DNA from: Mobula hypostoma | Taxonomy: Eukaryota | Direction of reading: 5' to 3' | Assembly (NCBI RefSeq): GCF_963921235.1 | Contig: NC_086097.1 | Span: forward strand, 100,132,001-100,196,000 | Length of the DNA: 64,000 nucleotides | Part shown: positions 1 to 15,000 of the stretch, one piece after another | Layout of the letters: each line of letters begins with the position of its first letter | How positions within the stretch are numbered: position 1 is the first letter of the stretch | Made by a program: the position numbers and the translations under genes | The notes under the pieces: model-generated | The model's input: the letters and a program-made list of their open reading frames with translations, nothing else | Told to the model about the DNA's origin: nothing | The model's database searches: none

Positions 1-3000
1 ACTCAACGTTTCCTCAACAGCCCTCTCTCTACTCAATATTTCCTCAACAGCCCTCTCCCTACTCAACATTATTTCAACAGCCCACTCCCAACTCAATGTT
101 TCTTCGACAGCCCTCTCCCAACTCAATATTCCCTCAACAGCCCTCCACTACTCAACATTCCCTAAACAGCCCTCCCCTACTCAACATTTCCTCAACAGCC
201 CTCTCCCTACTCAACATTCCCTCAACAGCCCTCCCCTACTCAAAATTTCCTCAACAGTCCACCCAACTCAACATTTCCTCAACAGCTCTCCCCGTACTCA
301 ACAATCCCTCAACAGCCCTCCCCACTCAATATTTCCGCAACAGTCCACCCTACTCAACATTTCCTCAACAACTCTCCCCCTACTCAATATTTCGTCAACA
401 GCCCTCTCCCTACTCAACATTTCCTCAGCAGCCCTCCTCTACTCAACATTCCCTCAACAGCCCACTCGTTGCTCATTTCCTCAACAGACCTCTCCCTACT
501 CAACATTCCCTCAACATCCCTGTCCCTGCTCATTTCCTCAACAGACCTCTCCCTACTCAATATTTCCTCAACAGCCCTCTCCCTACTCAATATTTCCTCA
601 ATAGCCCTCCCCTACTCAATATTTCCTCAACAGCCCTCTCCATACTCAACATTCCCTCAACAGCCCTCTTCCTACTCAACATTCCCTCAACAGCCCTCTC
701 CCTACTCAACGTTTCCTCAACAGCCCTCTCCCTACTCAACATTCCCTCAACAGCCCTCTCCCTACTCAATGTTTCTTCGACAGCCCTCTCCCAACTCAAC
801 ATTCGCTCAACAGCCCTGTCCCTGCTCATTTCCTCAACAGACCACTCCCTACTCAATATTTCCTCAACAGCCTTCTCCCTATTCAACATTACTTCAACAG
901 CCCACTCCCTGCTCATTTCCTCAATAGCCCTCCCCTACTCACTATTTCCTCAACAGCCCTCTCCCTATTCAACATTACTTCAACAGCCCACTCCCTGCTC
1001 ATTTCCTCAACAGACCTCTCCCTACTCAACGTTTCCTCAACCGCCCTCTCCCTACTCAATATTTCCTCAACAGACCTCTCCCTACTCAACATTACCTAAA
1101 TAGCCCACTCCCTGCTCATTTCCTCAACAGCCCTCTCCCTACTCAATATTTCCTCAACAGCCCTCTCCCTACTCAATATTTCCTCAACAGCCCTCTCCCT
1201 ACTCAACATTATTTCAACAGCCCACTCCATGCTCATTTCCTCAACAGCCCTCTCCCTATTCAACGTTTCCTCAACAGCCCTCTCTCTACTCAATATTTCC
1301 TCAACAGCCCTCTCCCTACTCAACATTATTTCAACAGCCCACTCTATGCTCATTTCCTCAACAGCCCTCTCCCTACTCAATATTTCCTCAACAGACCCCT
1401 CTCTACTCAACATTACCTCAAAACCCCTACTCAAATTCCTCAACACTCCCTGCTCATTCCCTTCTCCTCAAACAGCCCTCTCCCCTCTCCCTCAACAGCC
1501 CTTCCCTCTCATTTCCTCAACAATCAACAGCCCACTCCCTGCTCATTTCCTCAATAGCCCTCCCCTACTCACTATTTCCTCAACAGCCCTCTCCCTATTC
1601 AACATTACTTCAACAGCCCACTCCCTGCTCATTTCCTCAACAGACCTCTCCCTACTCAACGTTTCCTCAACCGCCCTCTCCCTACTCAATATTTCCTCAA
1701 CAGACCTCTCCCTACTCAACATTACCTAAATAGCCCACTCCCTGCTCATTTCTTCAACAGCCCTCTCCCTACTCAATATTTCCTCAACAGCCCTCTCCCT
1801 ACTCAACATTATTTCAACAGCCCACTCCATGCTCATTTCCTCAACAGCCCTCTCCCTATTCAACGTTTCCTCAACAGCCCTCTCTCTACTCAATATTTCC
1901 TCAACAGCCCTCTCCCTACTCAACATTATTTCAACAGCCCACTCTATGCTCATTTCCTCAACAGCCCTCTCCCTACTCAATATTTCCTCAACAGACCCCT
2001 CTCTACTCAACATTACCTAAATAGCCCACTCCCTGCTCATTTCCTCAACAGCCCTCTCCCTAATCAATATTTCCTCAACAGCCCTCTCCCTACTCAACAT
2101 TCCCTCAACAGCCCTCTTCCTACTCAACATTCCCTCAACAGCCCTCTCCCTACTCAACATTCCCTCAACAGCCCTCTCCCTACTGAATGTTTCTTCGACA
2201 GCCCTCTCCCAACTCAACATTCGCTCAACAGCCCTGTCCCTGCTCATTTCCTCAACAGACCTCTCCCTACTCAATATTTCCTCAACAGCCCTCTCCCTAC
2301 TCAATATTTCCTCAACAGCCCTCTCCCTATTCAACGTTTCCTCAACAGCCCTCTCCATACACAATATTTCCTCAATAGCCCTCCCCTACTCAATATTTCC
2401 TCAACAGCCCTCTCCCTATTCAACATTACTTCAACAGCCCACTCCCTGCTCATTTCCTCAACAGCCCTCTCCCTACTCAATGTTTCCTCAACAGCCCTCT
2501 CCCTACTCAATATTTCCTCAACATACCTCTCCCTACTCAACATTACCTAAATAGCCCACTCACTGCTCATTTCCTCAACAGCCCTCTCCCTACTCAATAT
2601 TTCCTCAACAGCCCTCTCCCTACTCAACATTATTTCAACAGCCCACTCCATGCTCATTTCCTCAACAGCCCTCTCCCTACTCAACGTTTCCTCAACAGCC
2701 CTCTCTCTACTCAATATTTCCTCAACAGCCCTCTCCCTACTCAACATTATTTCAACAGCCCACTCCCAACTCAATGTTTCTTCGACAGCCCTCTCCCAAC
2801 TCAATATTCCCTCAACAGCCCTCCCCTACTCAACATTCCCTAAACAGCCCTCCCCTACTCAACATTTCCTCAACAGCCCTCTCCCTACTCAACATTCCCT
2901 CAACAGCCCTCCCCTACTCAAAATTTCCTCAACAGTCCACCCAACTCAACATTTCCTCAACAGCTCTCCCCCTACTCAACAATCCCTCAACAGCCCTCCC

Positions 3001-6000
3001 CACTCAATATTTCCTCAACAGTCCACCCTACTCAACATTTCCTCAACAACTCTCCCCCTACTCAATATTTCGTCAACAGCCCTCTCCCTACTCAACATTT
3101 CCTCAGCAGCCCTCCCCTACTCAACATTCCCTCAACAGCCCACTCGTTGCTCATTTCCTCAACAGACCTCTCCCTACTCAACATTCCCTCAACATCCCTG
3201 TCCCTGCTCATTTCCTCAACAGACCTCTCCCTACTCAATATTTCCTCAACAGCCCTCTCCCTATTCAACATTACTTCAACAGCCCACTCCCTGCTCATTT
3301 CCTCACCAACCCTCTCCCTACTCAACGTTTCCTCAACAGCCCTCTCCCTACTCAATATTTCCTCAATAGCCCTCCCCTACTCAATATTTCCTCAACAGCC
3401 CTCTCCCTACTCAACATTCCCTCAACAGCCCTCTCCCTACTCAATGTTTCTTCGACAGCCCTCTCCCAACTCAACATTTGCTCAACAGCCCTGTCCCTGC
3501 TCATTTCCTCAACAGACCTCTCCCTACTCAATATTTCCTCAACAGCCCTCTCCCTATTCAACATTACTTCAACAGCCCACTCCCTGCTCATTTCCTCAAT
3601 AGCCCTCCCCTACTCACTATTTCCTCAACAGGCCTCTCCCTATTCAACATTACTTCAACAGCCCACTCCCTGCTCATTTCCTCAATAGCCCTCCCCTACT
3701 CACTATTTCCTCAACAGGCCTCTCCCTATTCAACATTACTTCAACAGCCCACTCCCTGCTCATTTCCTCAACAGCCCTCTCTCTACTCAATATTTCCTCA
3801 ACAGCCCTCTCCCTACTCAACATTACCTAAATAGCCCACTCCCTGCTCATTTCCTCAACAGCCCTCTCCCTACTCAATATTTCCTCAACAGCCCTCTCCC
3901 TACTCAACATTATTTCAACAGCCCACTCCATGCTCATTTCCTCAACAGCCCTCTCCCTACTCAACGTTTCCTCAACAGCCCTCTCTCTACTCAATATTTC
4001 CTCAAAAGCCCTCTCCCTACTCAATATTTCCTCAACAGCCCTCTCCCTACTCAACATTCCCTCAACAGCCCTCTACCTACTCAACATTCCCTCAACAGCC
4101 CTCTCCCTACTCAACGTTTCCTCAACAGCCCTCTCCCTACTCAACATTCCCTCAACAGCCGTCTCCCTACTCAATGTTTCTTCGACAGCCCTCTCCCAAC
4201 TCAACATTCGCTCAACAGCCCTGTCCCTGCTCATTTCCTCAACAGACCTCTCCCTACTCAATATTTCCTCAACAGCCCTCTCCCTACTCAACATTATTTC
4301 AACAGCCCACTCCATGCTCATTTCCTCAGCAGCCCTCTCCCTACTCAACGTTTCCTCAACAGCTCTCTCTCTACTCAATATTTCCTCAACAGCCCTCTCC
4401 CTACTCAACATTATTTCAACAGCCCACTCCATGCTCATTTCCTCAACAGCCCTCTCCCTACTCAACGTTTCCTCAACAGCCCTCTCCCTACTCAATATTT
4501 CCTCAACAGACCTCTGCCTACTCAACATTACCTAAATAGCCCACTCCCTGCTCATTTCCTCAACAGCCCTCTCCCTACTCAATATTTCCTCAACAGCCCT
4601 CTCCCTACTCAACATTATTTCAACAGCCCACTCCATGCTCATTTCCTCAACAGCCCTCTCCCTACTCAACATTTCCTCAACAGCCCTCTCTCTACTCAAT
4701 ATTTCCTCAACAGCCCTCTCCCCACTCAACATTATTTCAACAGCCCACTCCATGCTCATTTCCTCAACAGCCCTCTCCCTACTCAACGTTTCCTCAACAG
4801 CCCTGTCCCTACTCAATATTTCCTCAACAGCCCTCTCCCTACTCAACATTATTTCAACAGCCCACTCCATGCTCATTTCCTCAACAGCCCTCTCCCTACT
4901 CAACGATTCCTCAACAGCCTCTCTCCCTACTCAACATTTCCTCAACAGCTCTCTCCCTACTTAATATTTCCTTAATAGCCCTCCCGCTACTCAACGTTTC
5001 CTCAACAGCCCTCCCCTTACTCAACATTCCCTCAACAGCCCTCTCCCTAATCAACATTTCCTTGACAGATCTCGCCCTACTCAATATTCCCTCAACAGCC
5101 CTCCCCTACTCAATATTCCCTCAACAGCCTTCTCCCTACTCAACATTTCCTCAACAGCCCTCCCCACTCAACAGTCTCTCAACAGCACTCCCGTACTAAA
5201 TATTCCCTCAACAGCCCTCCCCTACTCAATATTCCCTCAACAGCCCTCTCACTACTCAATATTCCCTCAACAGCCCTCTCCCTACTCAACATTTCCTCAA
5301 TAGCCCTCCCCTACTCAATATTTCCTCAACAGCCCTCCCCTACTCAATGTTTACTCGACAGACCTCTCCCTATTCAACATTCCCTCAACAGCCCTCTCCC
5401 TACTCAATATTTCCTCAACAGCCCTCCCCTATTCAATATTTCCTCAACAGCCCTCCCCCTACTCAACATTCCCTCAACAGCCCTCCCCCACTCAACATTC
5501 CCTCAACAGCTACTCCTTGTTCATTTCCTCAACAGACCTCCCCTTACTCAACATTCCCTCAATAGCCCACTCCTTGCTCATTTCCTCAACAGCCCTCTCC
5601 CTACTCAACGTTTCCTCAACAGCCCTCTCCCTAATCAACATTCCCTCAACAGCCCTCTCCCTACTCAACATTCCCTCAACAGCCCTCTCCTATTCAACAT
5701 TCCCTCAACAGCCCTCTCCCTATTCTACATTTCTTCGACAGCCCTCTCCCTACTAAACATTCCCTCAACAGCCCTGTCCCTGCTCATTTCCTCAACACCC
5801 CTCTCCCTACTCAATATTTCCTCAACAGCCCTCTCCCTACTCAACATTACTTCAACTTCCCACTCCTTACTCAACGTTCCCTCAACAGCCCTCCCAATAC
5901 TCAATGTTTCCGTAACAGCCCTCTCTCTACTCAAAGTTTCCTCAACAGCCCTCTCCCTACTCAACATTCCCTCAACAGCCCACTCCCTGCTCATTTCCTC

Positions 6001-9000
6001 AACAGCCCTCTCCATACTCAATATTTCCTCAACAGCCCTCTCCCTACTCAATATTTCCTCAACAGCCCTCTCCCTACTCAACATTTCCTCAACAGCCCTC
6101 CCCTAGTCAACATTCCCTCAACAGCCCACTCCCTGCTCATTTCCTCAACAGCCCTCTCCATACTCAATATTTCCTCAACAGCCCTCTCCCTACTCAATAT
6201 TTCCTCAACAGCCCTCTCCCTACTCAACATTCCCTCAACAGCCCTCTCCCTACTCAACATTCCCTCAACAGCCCACTCCCCGCTCATTTCCTCAACAGCC
6301 CTCTCCCGACTCAATATTTCCTTAACAGCTCTCCCCTACTCAATATTTCCTCAACAGCCATCTCCCTACTCAATATTACCTCAACAGCCCTCCCCCTACT
6401 CAACATTCCCTCAGCAGCCCACTCCTTCCTCATTTCCTCAACAGCCCTCTCCCTACTCAACGTTTCCTCAACAGCCCTCGCCCTACTCAACATTCCCTCA
6501 ACAGCCCTCTCCCTACTCAACGTTTCTTCGACAGCCCTCTCCTTACTCAACATTCCCTCAACAGCCCTGTCCCTGCTCATTTCCTCAATAGCCCTCCCCC
6601 CACTGAATATATCTCCAACAGCCCTCTCCCTACTCAACATTCCCTCAACAGCCCTCCCCCTACTCAATGTTTCCTTAACAGCCCTCTCCCTACTCAACAT
6701 TCCCTCAGCAACCCTCTCCCTACTCAATATTCCCTCAACAGCCCTCCCCCACTCAACATTCCCTCAACAGCCCTCCCCCTACTCAATATTTCCTGAACAG
6801 ACCTCCCCTACCCAACATTTCCTCAACAGCTCTGCCCCTACTCAATATACATTCAACAGCCCTCTCCCTACTCAACTTTTCCTTGACAGAACTCTCCCTA
6901 CTGAACATTTCCTCAACAGCCCTCTCCCTACTCAACATGCCCTTAACAGCCCTCTCCCTACTCAACATTTCCTCAACAGCTCTCTCCCATCTTAATGTTT
7001 CCTTAATAGCCCTCCCCCTACTCAACGTTTCCTCAACAGCCCTCCCCTTACTCAACATTCCCTCAACAGCCCTCTCCCTAATCAACATTTCCTCGACAGA
7101 CCTCTCCCTACTCAACTTTTCCTCAACAGCCCACCGTACTCAACATTCCTTCAACAGCCCTCTCCCTACTCAACCTTCCCTCAACAGCACTCTCCCTACT
7201 CAGTATTCACTCAACAGCCCTCTCCATACTCAACGTTTCCTCGACAGACCTCTCCCTACTCAACCTTCCCACAACAGCCCTGTTCCTGCTCATTTCCTCA
7301 ACAGCCCACTCCCTACTCAACATTTCCTCAACAGTCCTCTCGCTACTCAACTTTTCCTCGACAGACCTCTCCCTACTCAACATTCCCACAACAGCCCACT
7401 CCCTGCTCATTTCCTCAACAGCCCTCTCTCTACTCAATATTCCCTCAGCAGCCCTCTCCCTATTGAATATTTCAGCCTCCCCTACTCAAAATTCCCTGAA
7501 CAGACCTCTCCCTACTCAATATTTCCTCAACAGCCCTCCCCTATTCAACATTCTCGCCACAGCCCTCCCCTACTCAATATTCCCTCAACAGCCCTCTCCC
7601 TACTCAACGTTTCCTCAACAGCCCTCTCCCTACTCAACATTCCCTCAACAGCCCTCTCCCTACTCAACATTTCCTCAACAGCCCTCTCCCTACTCAACAT
7701 TCCCTCAACAGCCCTCTCCCTACTCAACGTTTCTTCGACAGCCCTCTCCCTACTCAACATTTCCTCAACAGCTCTCCCCGACTCAATATTCACTCAACAG
7801 CCCCTCCCTACTCAACGTTTCCTCGACAGAACTCTTCCTACTCAACATTTCCTCAACAGCCTTCCCCCTACTCAATATTTCCTGAACAGACCTCCCCTAC
7901 CCAACATTTCCTCAACAGCTCTGCCTCTACTCAATATACATTCAACAGCCCTCTCCCTACTCAACTTTTCCTCGACAGAACTCTCCCTACTCAACATTTC
8001 CTCAACAGCCTTCTCCCTACTCAACATTCCCTTAACAGCCCTCTCCCTACTGAACGTTTCCTCGACAGACCTCTCCCTACTCAACATTCCCTCAACAGCC
8101 CTCTCCCTACTCAACATTTCCTCAACAGCCCTACTCAACGTTTCCTCAACAGCCCACCCCCTACTCAACATTCCCTCAAGAGCCCTCCCCCTACTCAACA
8201 TTTCCTCGACAGCCCTCTCCCTACTCAACATTTCCTCAACAGACCTCCCCCTACTCAACATTCCCTCAACAGCCCTCTCCCTACTCAATGATTCCTCAAC
8301 AGCCCTCCCCTTACTCAACATTCCCTCAAGAGCTCTCTCCCTACTCAACATTCCCTCAACAGCCCACTCCCCGCTCATTTCCTCAACAGCCCTCTCCCGA
8401 CTCAATATTTCCTTAACAGCTCTCCCCTACTCAATATTTCCTCAACAGCCATCTCTCTCCTCAACATTCCCTCAACAGCCCTCTCCCTGCTCTACATTAC
8501 CTCAACAGCCCTCTCCCTCCTCAACCTGCCCTCAGCAGCCCTCTCCCTGCTCAATATTACCTGAACAGCCCTCCCCCTACTCAACATTCCCTCAACAGCC
8601 CACTCCTTCCTTATTTCCTCAACAGCCCTCTCCCTACTCAACGTTTCCTCAACAGCCCTCTCCCTGCTCATTTCCTCAATAGCCCTCCCCCCACTCAACA
8701 TTTCCTCAACAGCTCTCCCCGACTCAATATTCACTCAACAGCCCTCTCCCTACTCAACGTTTCCTCGACAGAACTCTCCCTACTCAACATTTCCTCAACA
8801 GACTTCCCCCTACTCAATATTTCCTGAACAGACCTCCCCTACCCAACATTTCCTCAACAGCTCTGCCCCTACTCAATATACATTCAACAGCCCTCTCCCT
8901 ACTCAACTTTTCCTTGACAGAACTCTCCCTACTCAACATTTCCTCAACAGCCCACTCCCTACTCAACATTCCCTTAACAGCCCTCTCCCTACTCAACATT

Positions 9001-12000
9001 TCCTCAACAGCTCTCTTCCATCTTAATGTTTCCTTAATAGCCCTCCCCCTACTCAACTTTTCCTCAACAGCCCTCCCCTTACTCAACATTCCCTCAACAG
9101 CCCTCTCCCTAATCAACATTTCCTCGACAGACCACCCTACTCAACGTTCCCTCAACAGCACTCTCCCTACTCAGTATTCACTCAACAGCCCACTCCCCGC
9201 TCATTTCCTCAACAGCTCTCTCCCGACTCAATATTTCCTTAACAGCTCTCCCCTACTCAATATTTCCTCAACAGCAATCTCCCTCCTCAACATTCCCTCA
9301 ACAGCCCTCTCCCTACTCTACATTACCTCAACAGCCCTCTCCCTCCTCAACATGCCCTCAGCAGCCCTCTCCCTACTCAATATTACCTTAACAGCCCCCC
9401 TACTCAACATTCCCTCAACAGCCCACTTCTTCCTTATTTCCTCAAAAGCCCTCTCCCTACTCAACATTTCCTCAACAGCCCTCTCCCTGCTCATTTCCTC
9501 AATAGCCCTCCCCCCACTCAATATTTCCTCAACAGCCTTCTCCCTACTCAACATTCCCGAACAGCCCTCCCCCTACACAATGTTTCCTTAACAGCCCTCT
9601 CCCTACTCAATATTTCAGCATCCCCTACTCAAAATTCCCTCAACAGACCTGTTCCTACTCAATATTTCCTCAATAGCCCTCCCCGACTCAATATTTCCTT
9701 AACAGCTCTCCCCTACTCAATATTTCCTCAACAGCAATCTCCCTCCTCAACATTCCCTCAACAGCCCTCTCCCTACTCTACATTACCTCAACAGCCCTCT
9801 CCCTCCTCAACATGCCCTCAGCAGCCCTCTCCCTACTCAATATTACCTTAACAGCCCCCCTACTCAACATTCCCTCAACAGCCCACTCCTTCCTTATTTC
9901 CTCAAAAGCCCTCTCCCTACTCAACATTTCCTCAACAGCCCTCTCCCTGCTCATTTCCTCAATAGCCCTCCCCCCACTCAATATTTCCTCAACAGCCTTC
10001 TCCCTACTCAACATTCCTGAACAGCCCTCCCCCTACACAATGTTTCCTTAACAGCCCTCTCCCTACTCAATATTTCAGCATCCCCTACTCAAAATTCCCT
10101 CAACAGACCTGTTCCTACTCAATATTTCCTCAATAGCCCTCCCCAACTCAATATTTCCTCAACAGCCCTCCCCTACTCAACATTTCCTCAACAGCTCTCC
10201 CCGACTCAATATTCACTCAACAGCCCCTCCCTACTCAATGTTTCGTCGACAGAACTCTCCCTACTCAACATTTCCTCAACAGCCTTCCCCCTACTCAATA
10301 TTTCCTGAACAGACCTCCCCTACCCAACATTTCCTCAACAGCTCTGCCCCTACTCAATATACATTCAACAGCCCTCTCCCTACTCAACTTTTCCTTGACA
10401 GAACTCTCCCTACTGAACATTTCCTCAACAGCCCTCTCCCTACTCAGTATTCACTCAACAGCCCTCTCCATACTCAACGTTTCCTCGACAGACCTCTCAC
10501 TACTCAATATTCCCTCAGCAGCCCTCTCCCTATTGAATATTTCAGCCTCCCCTACTCAAAATTCCCTGAACAGACCTCTCCCTACTCAATATTTCCTCAA
10601 CAGCCCTCCCCTATTCAACATTCTCGCCACAGCCCTCCCCTACTCAATATTCCCTCAACAGCCCTCTCCCAACTCAACGTTTCCTCAACAGCCCTCTCCC
10701 TACTCAACATTCCCTCAACAGCCCTCTCCCTACTCAACGTTTCCTCAACAGCCCTCTCCCTACTCAACATTCCCTCAACAGCCCTCTCCCTACTCAACAT
10801 TTCCTCAACAGCTCTCCCCGACTCAATATTCACTCAACAGCCCCTCCCTACTCAACGTTTCCTCGACAGAACTCTTCCTACTCAACATTTCCTCAACAGC
10901 CTTCCCCCTACTCAATATTTCCTGAACAGACCTCCCCTACCCAACATTTCCTCAACAGCTCTGTCCCTACTCAATATACATTCAACAGCCCTCTCCCTTC
11001 TCAACTTTTCCTGGACAGAACTCTCCCTACTCAACATTTCCTCAACAGCCCTCTCCCTACTCAACATGCCCTTAACAGCCCTCTCCCTACTCAACATTTC
11101 CTCAACAGCTCTCTCCCATCTTAATGTTTCCTTAATAGCCCTCCCCCTACTCAACGTTTCCTCAATAGCCCTCCCCTTACTCACCATTCCCTCAACAGCC
11201 CTCTCCCTAATCAACATTTCCTCGACAGACCTCTCCCTACTCAACTTTTGCTCAACAGCCCACCGTACTCAACATTCCTTCAACAGTCCTCTCCCTACTC
11301 AACGTTCCCTCAGCAGCACTCTCCCTACTCAGTATTCACTCAACAGCCCTCTCCATACTCAACGTTTCCTCGACAGACCTCTCCCTACTCAACCTTCCCA
11401 CAACAGCCCTGTTCCTGCTCATTTCCTCAACAGCCCTTTCCCTACTCAACATTCCCTCAACAGCCCTCCCCCTACTCAATGTTTCCTTAACAGCCCTGTC
11501 CCTACTCAACATTCCCTCAACAGCCCTCTCGCTACTCAACGTTTCTTCGACAGCCCTCTTCCTACTCAACATTCCCTGAACAGCCCTGCCCCTGCTCATT
11601 TCCTCAATAGTCCTCCCTCCACTCAATATTTCCTCAACAGCCCTCTCCCTACTCAACGTTTCCTCAACAGCCCTCTCCCTAATCAACATTCCCTCAACAG
11701 CCCTCTCCCTACTCAACATTCCCTCAACAGCCCTCTCCTATTCAACATTCCCTCAACAGCCCTCTCCCTATTCTACATTTCTTCGACAGCCCTCTCCCTA
11801 CTAAACATTCCCTCAACAGCCCTGTCCCTGCTCATTTCCTCAACACCCCTCTCCCTACTCAATATTTCCTCAACAGCCCTCTCCCTACTCAACATTACTT
11901 CAACAGCCCACTCCTTACTCAACGTTCCCTCAACAGCCCTCCCAATACTCAATGTTTCCGTAACAGCCCTCTCTCTACTCAAAGTTTCCTCAACAGCCCT

Positions 12001-15000
12001 CTCCCTACTCAACATTCCCTCAACAGCCCACTCCCTGCTCATTTCCTCAACAGCCCTCTCCATACTCAATATTTCCTCAACAGCCCTCTCCCTACTCAAC
12101 ATTACTTCAACAGCCCACTCCTTACTCAACGTTCCCTCAACAGCCCTCCCAATACTCAATGTTTCCGTAACAGCCCTCTCTCTACTCAAAGTTTCCTCAA
12201 CAGCCCTCTCCCTACTCAACATTCCCTCAACAGCCCACTCCCTGCTCATTTCCTCAACAGCCCTCTCCATACTCAATATTTCCTCAACAGCCCTCTCCCT
12301 ACTCAATATTTCCTCAACAGCCCTCTCCCTACTCAACATTCCCTCAACAGCCCTCTCCCTACTCAACATTCCCTCAACAGCCCACTCCCCGCTCATTTCC
12401 TCAACAGCCCTCTCCCGACTCAATATTTCCTTAACAGCTCTCCCCTACTCAATATTTCCTCAACAGCCATCTCCCTACTCAATATTACCTCAACAGCCCT
12501 CCCCCTACTCAACATTCCCTCAGCAGCCCACTCCTTCCTCATTTCCTCAACAGCCCTCTCCCTACTCAACGTTTCCTCAACAGCCCTCGCCCTACTCAAC
12601 ATTCCCTCAACAGCCCTCTCCCTACTCAACGTTTCTTCGACAGCCCTCTCCTTACTCAACATTCCCTCAACAGCCCTGTCCCTGCTCATTTCCTCAATAG
12701 CCCTCCCCCCACTGAATATATCTCCAACAGCCCTCTCCCTACTCAACATTCCCTCAACAGCCCTCCCCCTACTCAATGTTTCCTTAACAGCCCTCTCCCT
12801 ACTCAACATTCCCTCAGCAACCCTCTGTCTACTCAATATTCCCTCAACAGCCCTCCCCCACTCAACATTCCCTCAACAGCCCTCCCCCTACTCAATATTT
12901 CCTGAACAGACCTCCCCTACCCAACATTTCCTCAACAGCTCTGCCCCTACTCAATATACATTCAACAGCCCTCTCCCTACTCAACTTTTCCTTGACAGAA
13001 CTCTCCCTACTGAACATTTCCTCAACAGCCCTCTCCCTACTCAACATGCCCTTAACAGCCCTCTCCCTACTCAACATTTCCTCAACAGCTCTCTCCCATC
13101 TTAATGTTTCCTTAATAGCCCTCCCCCTACTCAACGTTTCCTCAACAGCCCTCCCCTTACTCAACATTCCCTCAACAGCCCTCTCCCTAATCAACATTTC
13201 CTCGACAGACCTCTCCCTACTCAACTTTTCCTCAACAGCCCACCGTACTCAACATTCCTTCAACAGCCCTCTCCCTACTCAACGTTCCCTCAACAGCACT
13301 CTCCCTACTCAGTATTCACTCAACAGCCCTCTCCATACTCAACGTTTCCTCGACAGACCTCTCCCTACTCAACCTTCCCACAACAGCCCTGTTCCTGCTC
13401 ATTTCCTCAACAGCCCACTCCCTACTCAACATTTCCTCAACAGTCCTCTCGCTACTCAACTTTTCCTCGACAGACCTCTCCCTACTCAACATTCCCACAA
13501 CAGCCCACTCCCTGCTCATTTCCTCAACAGCCCTCTCTCTACTCAATATTCCCTCAGCAGCCCTCTCCCTATTGAATATTTCAGCCTCCCCTACTCAAAA
13601 TTCCCTGAACAGACCTCTCCCTACTCAATATTTCCTCAACAGCCCTCCCCTATTCAACATTCTCGCCACAGCCCTCCCCTACTCAATATTCCCTCAACAG
13701 CCCTCTCCCTACTCAACGTTTCCTCAACAGCCCTCTCCCTACTCAACATTCCCTCAACAGCCCTCTCCCTACTCAACATTTCCTCAACAGCCCTCTCCCT
13801 ACTCAACATTCCCTCAACAGCCCTCTCCCTACTCAACGTTTCTTCGACAGCCCTCTCCCTACTCAACATTTCCTCAACAGCTCTCCCCGACTCAATATTC
13901 ACTCAACAGCCCCTCCCTACTCAACGTTTCCTCGACAGAACTCTTCCTACTCAACATTTCCTCAACAGCCTTCCCCCTACTCAATATTTCCTGAACAGAC
14001 CTCCCCTACCCAACATTTCCTCAACAGCTCTGCCTCTACTCAATATACATTCAACAGCCCTCTCCCTACTCAACTTTTCCTCGACAGAACTCTCCCTACT
14101 CAACATTTCCTCAACAGCCTTCTCCCTACTCAACATTCCCTTAACAGCCCTCTCCCTACTGAACGTTTCCTCGACAGACCTCTCCCTACTCAACATTCCC
14201 TCAACAGCCCTCTCCCTACTCAACATTTCCTCAACAGCCCTACTCAACGTTTCCTCAACAGCCCACCCCCTACTCAACATTCCCTCAAGAGCCCTCCCCC
14301 TACTCAACATTTCCTCGACAGCCCTCTCCCTACTCAACATTTCCTCAACAGACCTCCCCCTACTCAACATTCCCTCAACAGCCCTCTCCCTACTCAATGA
14401 TTCCTCAACAGCCCTCCCCTTACTCAACATTCCCTCAAGAGCTCTCTCCCTACTCAACATTCCCTCAACAGCCCACTCCCCGCTCATTTCCTCAACAGCC
14501 CTCTCCCGACTCAATATTTCCTTAACAGCTCTCCCCTACTCAATATTTCCTCAACAGCCATCTCTCTCCTCAACATTCCCTCAACAGCCCTCTCCCTGCT
14601 CTACATTACCTCAACAGCCCTCTCCCTCCTCAACCTGCCCTCAGCAGCCCTCTCCCTGCTCAATATTACCTGAACAGCCCTCCCCCTACTCAACATTCCC
14701 TCAACAGCCCACTCCTTCCTTATTTCCTCAACAGCCCTCTCCCTACTCAACGTTTCCTCAACAGCCCTCTCCCTGCTCATTTCCTCAATAGCCCTCCCCC
14801 CACTCAACATTTCCTCAACAGCTCTCCCCGACTCAATATTCACTCAACAGCCCTCTCCCTACTCAACGTTTCCTCGACAGAACTCTCCCTACTCAACATT
14901 TCCTCAACAGACTTCCCCCTACTCAATATTTCCTGAACAGACCTCCCCTACCCAACATTTCCTCAACAGCTCTGCCCCTACTCAATATACATTCAACAGC

